Positions 12,392-24,243 of a stretch of DNA of 61,202 nucleotides are shown in pieces (positions within the stretch are counted from its first letter, which is position 1; each line of letters begins with the position of its first letter). This stretch comes from Trichinella spiralis (lineage: Eukaryota): NCBI RefSeq assembly GCF_000181795.1, contig NW_003526940.1, positions 3,074,497-3,135,698 of the forward strand, written 5' to 3'. Under the pieces are notes generated by a model that had not been told where the DNA came from, made no database searches, and saw only the letters and a program-made list of their open reading frames with translations. Position numbers and translations under genes: made by a program.

Positions 12392-13613
12392 ATGAAGCAA
12401 TTTTTTATTTTAATTCACTTATTATTATGCTGTATTACTGAAGTATTTATCTGTTCTTTTTAGTTTATTCATTTTTGAGATTTCAAAGTGCAAGCTTGTT
12501 TAGATCAAATCAAGTTTAGAAAATTGTGGCAAGGTAAAATCGAATTTTCTCTTTTCTCATCCGCTCCCATCGAAAAGAATGAAGCGCTATTTATCTGAAC
12601 TGCACTCTCTGCCATTTATGGTTCGTTTAACATTGGACATGTCCTATGGAGGGATTATGTATATTCACCAGTGCAGCGGCACTTTGATGCCAAATGGACT
12701 TGCTAATTATTCCAATATCGTGCTTACAAGCGCTCATTGTTTGTTATTTGAGAAGTAAATTGAATGTATAATATGTCAACTCAGAAAAAAGGGGCTATTT
12801 TTACTTACATGCAAATAGCCGTAAATTCATTTTTTTAAATTTAGTTTGTTTCTTTGCTTCAAATGAGTGATAAAGCTTGCTTCTTTTTTTAGTGATTTCT
12901 ATCATAGAAAAGGAATTGTATATGCAAAATTTGGATTGAATTACTTGGGTATCAAAAGTAATTCAACAATTTCGTTGAAATCGAACAACTATATTGTTCA
13001 TCCGTACTTTCTCACTTGGAATACTGAAGCTTATGATATTGGAATAGTAAAATTTCCGACACCTGTGCTTTTCACCAATAACATACAGCCAATATGCTTA
13101 CCGCCGTCTGGTAATTACCGGCCTGATTTTCGAGAATGCTATACAGCAGGATGGGGAAAAATTGGAGGTTAAATTGTGAAAAAATTTTCTTCACTAATTA
13201 TATATAAATTAAAGTGATTATTATTCTTTTTTGTTTATCAATATTTTCTTGTTCAGATGTTACGAATCGTCATTGGAAATTTTTGAGTCAAATGCGACTT
13301 CGAGTGATCCCATGTAAGTATCTGGCAGATGCTACTTCTAGGCTACAGCCAATTTGCGCTGATGGGCGAATCAACGGCCAGTATATCTTTGATGTACTTT
13401 CATGTTTGTGACTTTTTAAAAATTTAATTTTATATCTTGTCATGCTTTTTTTTAATTAAGGGAGATTCTGGCAGTCCTCTATTCTGCTTAGTAAATAATA
13501 CGTGGATACAGTATGCCATTTTGGCGTCAACATATCCACCAGATGATCATGTGATAGAAATTGCGTTCGCTGCAGTTTGGAATTATTTGGCATGGATAAA
13601 AACGTTTATTTAA
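12392..13613 (+). CDS. Secreted trypsin-fold (S1A) serine protease, 5 exons, 288 aa
   Basis: Exons 12392-12442, 12504-12754, 12893-13167, 13257-13393, 13461-13613 join in frame (867 nt). Signal peptide MKQFFILIHLLLCC, pro-region CG, TSAHC (His), DIGIVK (Asp), PICLP, CYTAGWG, GDSGSPL (Ser). Confidence 0.88.
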
Positions 13614-14446
13614 ATTTTAATTTCTTCGATAAGCATATAATTTAATAAATACAGACTATTATGAATGAATAAATGTTAACTTTTCAAACATAGTAGTATG
13701 AAAGTTAAATTTGGCTTTCCATTTGTAAAGAAATCGAGAAATTTACTTTCCCCTTTTAAAAGTTGTTCTATTTTCCACTTGATCATTGCCAGCTGCTGTA
13801 TTATCGTCATACAAGCTTGACACTGCTATATCAGTTTACTGGGTTTCACATCTTGTATGTCTCATCTGATTTTCCATGATAAAAATGTTAACTATGCGTA
13901 AGAACAACCGCAATTTTTTATAAACATTTTTAAATAAAATTTGTTATTTAAAAAAAATGCACACAAGGATTATTTATTAAACGATGTATTAATTTTTCTC
14001 TTTAATCAGATTTATTTGTTTACCATATTGATTGAAGTAAATACTGTTCGTATTTTTTGAAATATGTTTTGCTTTATTATTTAAAAAAAATAAATATGAC
14101 AGACAATTAATGGACGTTGAATTTGTATTTTCGGAATAGAACTGAATTAACGATCGCTGACCATGATTGGATTATGAAGATGAAATTCATATCATGCATT
14201 TATAATCGCAGCTACATCCTGCAATGTACTGAAGCACTTGGGGTGGACAAAACTGGATTGTCAGATGCAAAGATGCGCAGGATCAATATTTGATTTTGAA
14301 CTTGACCTGAGCTGGATATTATTGAAACTTCAGCTGACGTTCGTTGATCAAAGCTATTGACAATGTGGACGAGTTTTTCATTTCCTTTTCACTTTCTGCA
14401 AAGTGATGCATCAACCAACAATAATCACAAACAATCGATCGTTCCA

Positions 14447-15612
14447 ATGATCATGCTTTTGTTTTGCTTTTTGATAGCCGCTTTCTCATTTTTGCAACCG
14501 ACTTGTGGTGAATTATTTTGGAATGTCAGAGATCCATTTAAGGCAGATTTATTTACCATAGAATCTCGATCGAATAGGACAAATTCTCAACTGCATGATA
14601 ATTCATTGAATTTTTATTTGTCCAACAATTCCATCAATGTTTTAGCTAATCTGAATGCTGTACAAGCTGGAAAAATTGACCGACGTGCTGAAGAAAGTTG
14701 GTTTAAGCATTGTTTTCAAAATTATTATTTATTATTATTCATTTAGACTGGTGGAATTTGTATCCGTTTGGGGAAAAATTTCACGACATCGACATGACCG
14801 ATCAACCTTGGAAAGATTTGCAAATAGATTTGGATTTTTATTTTCCATTTTATGGTTTTCGATTCAATTATTCCTTTGTAACTTTTATTTTTATTTCATC
14901 TGTAAATAAATACACTTTATTTTGTATATAACAAATTATAACAACACCAATATATAACTCGTTCATGCTTTATTGTAAAAAATTAACTTTTCAAAAAGAG
15001 TCGAACTGAAATAGTTTACAGCTTTTGACGTCGTTCATGTGTCTTTTATTTGCATATTTGATGTAAATTAACGAAACAAATCCTTGTTTCAGATATATCC
15101 AGAAGGATTTGTTGCGTTCAGCTATCCGGAATATGTACAACCTCCGTACAGTTTTCCAAATCCACTATGGCCGTTGCAGCATGATCCCAGCTTTATTGCT
15201 GCTTTTTTGAGCGATCAGAGTTTTGTCCATGTTGGAGAAACCCAAATAAGTCACGTTTGGTATCGTATTGTCACCAGACCGCAGTATCGTTGGAAGTTGG
15301 CAACACTGGATGCTCAAGAACGTGCCGGTCTTTTATCACAGCCGGGAAGGGTAGAAGATCCTGCTTTACTGGACGCAATAACTCGGTAAAATCATTGCAA
15401 CAAATATATAGCTATTAATTGAAATAACTGTAGAGATATACGGGAAAATATGGTCGGAACTATTGGCTATACGGCGGATTATGCGTTGATCGTAACTTGG
15501 GAACGAATGGGATACGGTGGACAGCCAAAGTATCTCAAACTTAATGAATATGATCAAATAAAGAAATGGGTAGATGTTTTTTTAAAAGCTTTTTAACTTA
15601 ATTATAAAATTC

Positions 15613-15659
<47 letters not shown>

Positions 15660-18600
15660 CAAAACACTTATCAATTGGTGTTGACCACTGATGAACACAG
15701 ATCATTTGTTGTTTTCAATTACGCCAATATAAATCATACATCCTCTACTTCAGCTGGTGCTTTCCATGGAAGAGGAGGTCGTCAGTCAGCAATTGTATGT
15801 TTACATTATTGATGAAAAATAATAAAATTACAACTTTTTATTTAAATATAAGGTTGGAATGAACGGAGGCAATGGGACTGGATTTTATGAATTTCCCTAT
15901 TCAGCTCAAGGCGATTCATACAAATTAGCTGAATTCAGTAGTACGCAAACAAAAGGGCGTTGGCTGGCCAGAGTGGACGAAGCTATTGTATACGGTGGAT
16001 GTTCAAATGCTTCTCATGGTATAATTCTGCTATTTTGCTGTTATAAATTTTTAAAACTATTATTTTTTTCTCAGGCAAATTGACCACCTCTGATCCATGG
16101 AATGGTATGATTGGGGGAAATTCAATTAACGTCTCTGGTCCTTGTTTTCGACCAAACGATTATATCACTATGGAAATTGATGAAGAAATTTTCGACTGTG
16201 CTTATGTATTCAAAGAACTATAAAGAAAAGCATACTGTTGCATAAGGCGTGTCGTTTTAGATTAGTATGGTAAAAGCGCGCTGTATTGTACCGTTCAACA
16301 TGATTTTCAAAACTGGACCGGTTGCCATTCAAATTGCTCAAGATGGTCGATCGTACAGTTGGTATAGTTCACTTTATATTCGTGAGTAATTACTGAAAGA
16401 AGATGCTTTTTAAATTTAACGATGCTATCGTTCGGGATTTTAGATCCACCAGCTTTGACAAGGACAGAAGTGCGCTTGTTGAGTCATACGGACAAAATTG
16501 ACCCTTCTACTCATAGAAACTATTGGCATTTATCCGATATAGAAAATTTAACTATAACCTGGACAGCTGCAAACATTTCTTCAAAGGCAGGTTCCAGAGT
16601 AGACATTGTGTTATGGGGTTACCGAGAAGATGTAATTGATCGTGAATTTCTTGAGGTGAGATATTTTTATTCAAAATTTATTATTATTTTATTTTGTTCA
16701 AACATTTAGATAGCGTTACGGGTTGACATTCTAAGCTGTAATATATATATGTCTGCTTATAAATTAGGCAGTTTTGCTTTACTTTCTGATCACTTTCGTC
16801 ATAATTTTCTTTTATTAATTGGAATTGATTAGATTCATGTGATGAAATATTTTAAATTCTTCATTTAAAGCAATGTTTTTAGGTGGGTGCAATAGCGAGA
16901 AATATTGAAAATACTGGAAAATTTTCCTTCAATCAAAAAATGCTATCAAAATCTTTGATTGTTGGAAATCTTTGGAGAAAGTTTTGGGGTGGTGCTATAC
17001 AGATTCGTTTGTCAAAAGATGACCAGACAGATTACGGAAAATAGTGAGAACTTTTGCAAATTTATTTTTAAGTTATAATTTTCAAAGATAGTTCTTTTGA
17101 TTTAGTGTCATGTGGTCTGGTGCTGTGCCATTCGGTTGGTACTTCAGGGACACGTGGAAAGCAAATTTGGGTGAAAACTGGGCACTGAAACTTTGCATTG
17201 AATGGTACAACTACGATGGTCTCAGGGACAATTTTCTACGTAACGTTTACACGAATATACCATGCCCGTGCACACTTTCCCAAGCTTTGAACGACTTCGG
17301 TCGATTCACTCCTTTGCCTACGTGTGAAATGATGGGCGATTCATCGTGCATTTACACAAAAGGCGCCCAACATTGCATTGTATCTACAAATTCGATGTAG
17401 AATTAATTTGAATCAGTTGGATTTGTTTAGCTTTTAAAATTTGAAACTTCAAAATTTAGGCCCGACAGTGGAACCGAGATGTGCTGCTATGATTACAATG
17501 GATGGTTGATGTTTTCCCAAGATTATGAACAAAGCACAGATTATTTGCGCTACTTTTCAGCCGGTGTTCCATACAGGGCGAATCCTTGGGGTGGCTATGT
17601 TTTCAAAAAGCCGCTGTACGTTCCAACTTGGTCAAATTTTTACAACGACTTACTTCCCTATGATGTGTGTTGTCGTTGGGCGGGGCATTGTGAATTTTAC
17701 TATTGGCGTAGGGCAACTTCTGGTTGTCAAAACTACGAACCGGCAGTTATTGGTAAAAAAATGTTTGTCCAAAAGCACATCACAATATGAAATTGAAAAT
17801 GATATCCACTTTAGGAACCGCGTATGGTCACGGTCATTTTATAACGTTCGATGGAATGAAGTACAGTTTCAGTGGGTCGTGGTTATTTTTGTGCTAACGC
17901 AGCCTGAAAACAGCGGACAGAAATTTATGATTCAAATCGCATGGAACACCTCCCAGAAACAATGTGATGTTCAGTTTATTAATTNNNNNNNNNNNNNNNN
18001 NNNNNNNNNNNNNNNNNNNNNNNNNNNNNNNNNNNNNNNNNNNNNNNNNNNNNNNNNNNNNNNNNNNNNNNNNNNNNNNNNNNNNNNNNNNNNNNNNNNN
18101 NNNNNNNNNNNNNNNNNNNNNNNNNNNNNNNNNNNNNNNNNNNNNNNNNNNNNNNNNNNNNNNNNNNNNNNNNNNNNNNNNNNNNNNNNNNNNNNNNNNN
18201 NNNNNNNNNNNNNNNNNNNNNNNNNNNNNNNNNNNNNNNNNNNNNNNNNNNNNNNNNNNNNNNNNNNNNNNNNNNNNNNNNNNNNNNNNNNNNNNNNNNN
18301 NNNNNNNNNNNNNNNNNNNNNNNNNNNNNNNNNNNNNNNNNNNNNNNNNNNNNNNNNNNNNNNNNNNNNNNNNNNNNNNNNNNNNNNNNNNNNNNNNNNN
18401 NNNNTTCTCCGTTTACGTTTCCACATCTTGTGATGAATCAGTCTGAAGTTTACATACAACTGACCAGTGGTGTTGGGGTGAAAGTGATCGAAAGCCGGGG
18501 CATTTTGCAAGTGATTGTCGCTTTGCCACCAAATTACAAGCAGAGAAAGGTATTTTTTAAGCAAAAAAGTGATTTTTAAAAAAATTTAAATATTCCATCC

Positions 18601-19931
18601 AATCTGATGGATTATTGGATTGTTCATACCAATTATCAATATCATTATTAGATGAACAGTGAGTCGGCAGCATGCACAAAACGGTATGTAACGATGGGTT
18701 TACTTGGAACATACAACGGTGATGTCAAGGATGAGTTCATTGCTTCGGATTGTTCCAAAATACACATCACACAATCCAGATCAGAAGAGAACTCTCGAAC
18801 TATACATCACCAATTTGGAATGAAATGTACGTTTTACAAATTGTGATTGCTATTATTAAAAATGCATACCTTCTTTATACTTGTAGGGGATGTAAACAGG
18901 GCGCATGTTTCGAATTTGTTCGGATCCAAGCCGGAACCGTTGTATTATCCAAATTTGTTTTATCAGCAAAATTTCTCACCAGTTTTTGACCCTTGGACTT
19001 TTACTAATTTCACTCCATTGGAAGTGTTGATCTTTTCGAGAGAACAAGAAGTGCAAGTAAGTTGAATAATAAAAAGAAGAAAAAGGAATAATATTTGCAT
19101 TCATTTCACTTTACAACTCTGTCAAACCACAGGTGACTTGTCAAGGTGTATATTCGTGCATGTACGACTATTTGGTAAGCGGGCGTCGAGAATTTGCTCT
19201 GGATACTTTATCATCAGAGAAAAAATTTGAATACGACAAGCTGAAAGGTGAACAAAAAAGTAAGCAACCATAAAAAAGAAAAAGAAAGAAAAGCTTGAAA
19301 ATTAATATCTTCATATTTGCTTTTCATTTCTAATTGCGCATTGATTGTTTTTATTTGCAAAAAAAGCTGTCAGTTGTGGTCCGTTGGAGAAAAATTTCGG
19401 CGTGATCAAATATCCCCTGGGTAATAATTATTTGGACGGCGTAACGGTAACATTCACTTGCCAAACGGAATATTTTATCCACGGAAATGAACAACGTCAT
19501 TGTATTAACGGTAGTTGGTCGCCTGGATGGTGGGCGTGGTGTCGATGTAAGTTTTTGAAAAAAATAATTACTTTGAATTTGTTAAATTCAAAATGTTCAT
19601 TTTCTAGCTCGAACCGAAGAGATCGCGTTGAAATGGATGACCGGAATCGTGGTATCGCTGGCGTTTATCCTTGTCCTGACATTCACTTTTCTACAATTAC
19701 AACGCATTCGAAAACGCAATTTGGCACTTCGTCATAAGTTAAACCTGGGCATCACATCCTCTGCAAATCTACCGTAAGCATTTCTTCGTTCACTCATTCA
19801 TTCATGCCTTTTCATCCCCTTTTAGAAACAATGTAAAATCGGAAAAATCAACGCACAGTGTACAACAACAGCCGAACAACTACAAGCCCAAATATATCAA
19901 ACGTTGGAATCCAAACCGTTTCTTTATGTAA
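14447..19931 (+). CDS. mesh: Protein Mesh / SUSD2-like type I membrane protein (NIDO, IPT, AMOP, VWD, Sushi, TM), multi-exon, spans an assembly gap
   Basis: Signal peptide MIMLLFCFLIAAFSFLQPTCG. NIDO (LYPFG, FYFPFYGFRFNY, QNTYQLVLTTDE), AMOP (PCPCTLSQALNDFGRF, CCYD, DLLPYDVCC), VWD (HFITFDG, MGLLGTYNGD), Sushi (CGPL...TFTC...RHCINGSW), TM WMTGIVVSLAFILVLTFTFL. Stop TAA at 19929-19931. Confidence 0.87.
17985..18404. other. Assembly gap (N run) inside the Mesh-like VWD-coding region
   Basis: Run of N. Further 10-N gaps near 30596, 31074, 33258 and 60516. Confidence 1.
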
Positions 19932-20204
19932 CATTAAATTTTCAATGTTCACAAATTCGAATGGATTGGTTGATGATGTTTTTTATTCCTCTGCGCAGTA
20001 GGACAACTTTTCTTCAAATACTAGTAAAACTTTACTGAATATTTGCTCAATTAGTTTGTGTGCTGCAATCAATCGATCAATTAGTGCCGAATTGGAAGTA
20101 ATATGAAATTTACTTCAGAAAATAAAAGTATTTTTATTCAACAACAGCATCTGTTATAAATTTTACTTCACTTTTTACAATTCAGTTTTGATGCAATTGT
20201 TTTG

Positions 20205-23200
20205 TTATGCTGCTGATCCTATATTCCAAGAAATAATTTTGCATCCATTCTCACCGCCACATGCTGCAACGGATTCTTCGTCTGGACAAAATTCACAGCA
20301 TAGCAGATCATTCTAAATCCATTTATTAAATTTCGCCATTTACATTAAAGGTAAAATTAATACAAATTTTCACCATTTTCAATTTGTATTTTTTGGAAAG
20401 TTTAAAATGACCATTATCATCTAGTTTCCACAATTTCAATGATCCTCGTGCGCTGCTTGTCATCACATAATTTTCAGCTTTGTTATTTACAGACAATCCT
20501 GAAATGAATTAACTGTGCTATTAAATAAGTATCACTTTCACAATTTAACAAATAATATTAAAAAACAGTAAATGAAACCGTTCAATGGATCAGTGTCAAT
20601 ATCCAAATAGACCACTTTATTTCTGAATTAATTTTTAATGTTAAATTACAATTATGTTACATAATATACTTCGAATTTTGATTACATAAAATCAATTATC
20701 ATCATCCTCTTAAGTGATAATCTACAATCTATCATCAACGTCTCTTACAAAGAATACACTTCATTTTTTTATATATATGAACATATGCGCAAATTACAAG
20801 TGCAACAAAATTCAATATTTTTTAATTAATTATTAAAATTTAACTTTACTTTCAACTTAAAGAATAACAGTAACAAATGAAACCAATCTACTGAAGTTTT
20901 CTAATTCGTAAAAAACCTACCTAATACAGCGCCATTGTGCGCCTCCGTGACATCTACTATACCGCTGCGAATATCCATGTTGTATAATCGACCATCAGAT
21001 GCAGCTACCTGAATTTCAATTTCCTTCTGATTTAAATTTACAATTAATAAAATAGTCAAAAATCAAACAGACAAAAAAATTCTCTGATTTCCAAGGATTC
21101 CAAGCAACACGCTCAATTTCAGCGTTGAATTCATTCCATTCCTTTTCGCAAACGCTTTCTCTTGCATCCCACAATTTTACAACGCTGGAATCAAATAAAA
21201 AAATCCAATAACATACACAATTATAAAATTCACTTTCAGTTTACCCAGATGTATCACCAGAAAGCAGTCGGCTTGATTCAGTTGGGTGCCATTTGATACT
21301 TTGGACTTTATCTGAATGACCAGAGAGTACAGCAGAGCCAAGTTGGTTCTCGATATCCCATAAGATGATCTGAAAATCTGCAGAGCCGCTAGCCAAAATA
21401 TGACTCAAAATTCTATTCCATGTGAGTGATAAAACTCCATCTTCGTGGGAAATCTTTTTCTAAATGGAATTTTAATTTGATTAAATAAAAATATTACTGT
21501 GTGTATTCAGTCATCAACTGTAACAATTTATGACAAATACGTTGACAACTGCAACAGATAAACTAATAAATAATAAACTGAAATAATTTCAAATAAAAAG
21601 TTACATTGCTATTTTACTTAAATTGCTTACGTTTCAGAAACCCAAACTCGACGTAATTTGTGACGAAATGTTTGTGCATTTGTCTACTATTTTAAAATTT
21701 GAAGTATTTTAAAAACAAATGTTTTTATAAGCAAACGTGTTCAAAATACAAATAAAATGTTCATACCGTACAAGATTACAAGTAGAAGAGTTAACGAAAT
21801 GCACATCATCAAAACGTTAGACATCTGAAGGCGGAAACAAAAAAGAATTTGATCTACATGAGTGTATTAGATTACGTGCTATTTTGTACGATAACAAGTG
21901 ATTACATATTTACTAACTAATGTATACAAAAATTTAAACTTTTCATTAAAGAAATGTTATTTTTCATATTGACAAAAAAGCAAAGTACAGCAAGCATTTT
22001 ACGATATACAAAACAAAACATTTCTTATAAAATAAACAAGCATAACAGGTGATCAGTTCAATAAATTTTAAAGAAATTGCTCCACACAAAAATATGAGCA
22101 TTATTATCATGCTCTCGAAAAAATTGCAAAAATGCTTACTGTTTTCTTTTTCTCCGTTTCACTGCTTTGATTTCTAATTCCAAAAATAGCAACTGGTTCA
22201 ATGGCTTCGACAACATCCAAATTCCACAACTCTATTGCAGAATCCATTGTGCCAACGGCGCAAAAATTACCTAACAAAATAATTTTTTCTTTAATTGATT
22301 TTAATTTCCACTTGAATCAAAGTTTTAAAAACATTAATAGTATACTCTTCCACCTTTATCTCTGGTATCTTTATTAAAAATAACATGCTCAATGCATAGC
22401 GGAGCCTCTTCGAGCATGTAATGATGATGCGGATAAAAACTATCTTCTGCTTCATTGTAAACTATATAATGCAACAAAAAAAACATAATAAACTGAAAGT
22501 GAATAATAGAAAAAAATTCGTTACCATGCACTTCCAGTATATTTTCAACGTTATCCACGCAACATCCAAATAAAACTAAATTATCGTCTGCTTTTAATAA
22601 AAAATCTTCATCTTCATCATCCGAAATCTAAATATTACAAAGTGTGAAATGAAATTTCTCTTGAAATTCAAATTTACGCTTTCATTAGGATGACTTTGTG
22701 CACTATCAGCAATATCTGGGAAAATATCAACTGCGGGTACTTCTGCAAAAGGCAAACAATAAATGCAGCTGTTGTAGCTGTTCATTTCTTTAATTCAATT
22801 CTTTAAGTAATTCAACAAATATACTTAAAATGCAAATGATGGAAAAACAATTTTTTCATCTATTAAAAAATTACTAAAATGAAATAAAAGTATTTAATTA
22901 AAATAAAATTTCATATGATCAGAATTTAAATACACATTTTACAATACAAAATTAGAAAAGTTCATTTAATAGCAAATCAAAAAAGAAAAGTAGTGATAAA
23001 AACCTTTGATCGCATTTTCAACATCATCAGAATTTTCCAAATCTGCACAGGTGTCATCGCTGTCACTGAATCTCTCATCTTCACTAGACATGTTGGTTAA
23101 TGCATCGCTTTTAGTATCTTCCCAATCACCCAGTTGATTACTATTCAACTCAGCCTTAAATTATCAGATCACTCATCGAAATTAACTTATCGAAGACAAA

Positions 23201-23281
23201 ACACAAAAGTAAAAATACTTTCCGAGGCTTCAATGCGGGAATTCCCCTAGGCACCCATGCTAAGCAAGTCACCTGTTTCAT
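20205..23281 (-). CDS. PWP1: Periodic tryptophan protein 1 homolog (WD40), multi-exon
   Basis: Start MKQVTCLAWVPRG, acidic N-terminal region, FYPHHHYML...PLCIE, GNFCAVGTMDSAIELWNLDVVEAIEP, ILASGSADF, HSDKVQSIKWHP. Last exon NDLLCCEFCPDEESVAACGGENG...AA-TAA ends at 20205. Confidence 0.92.
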
Positions 23282-24243
23282 ATTCACTTGGACGAGTTGT
23301 TCCTTATGTCCACTAAAATTACAACTGCTTAGTTTTCGAGCAGCTAAACCAAAAAAATACAAAAAAGCAGTCAAAAGAAAGGTTTGCATATTCTACTTTA
23401 AATATATGAGAATCAGTAAGTGATGGCAACTGACACAATACAATAAACAAATTCTCAATAATATAATTTTCCTATTTGCTATATTAATCATATCAACCAA
23501 GTGATTATTTTAGTTATAATATCACTGCAATCATATTTTTTACAAGCAGCAAGAATAATTATTAAATGAACTATTTCTATATTCAATGTTTTTAACATAA
23601 ATAAATCATACACAACATAATAATATTAGTCAAATTATTACATAATATTCTCTTTAGTATGGTCATTTATTATGCAAAATAATTTCTTGTTAAAATATTT
23701 TTAACAGAAAAAAACTGAATTATTTTTTACAAATCTGAATGCAAACCAATCTTTACAAAACAACAGTATCCGTCACAGTAACCTAGTTTAAACATTGTTG
23801 TTTTGATTATATTAAAATCTTTTAAAAATATTCATAAATAATTTCAATGTAAAAAATTTTGCAAATATTCATTAATATCATTTATTGAATAATCGCAATT
23901 AATGATGCTAGTAGTACTGTAGCACATAGTGGATAAAATCAAAAATGGATATTATAAAAGTAAAAAAAAATTATATTTTGATTTTTTTGAAAAAATTTTA
24001 TAACAAAAAATTTTATTTAATCGAAATTTTTCTTATTATTTAGTGCTTAAGAAATATTTTCTTACTGTAGTTAAATATCTGAGATAAGGTGATTTACAAG
24101 ATCGTTTAGGAGAACGGTATACCTGGCGAATCTATTCATTCTTCTTACTGTTGTTTGTTGTGTTGACGGCCATTGTTTTTGTGAGCGTTGTCATTTTAAT
24201 GTTGACTCGTTAGTCATTTTTTCAATTCATCGACACACGCACT

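Noticed and set aside
17525..18564. Long ORFs containing X runs
   Set aside because: Artefacts of translating through the N gap.
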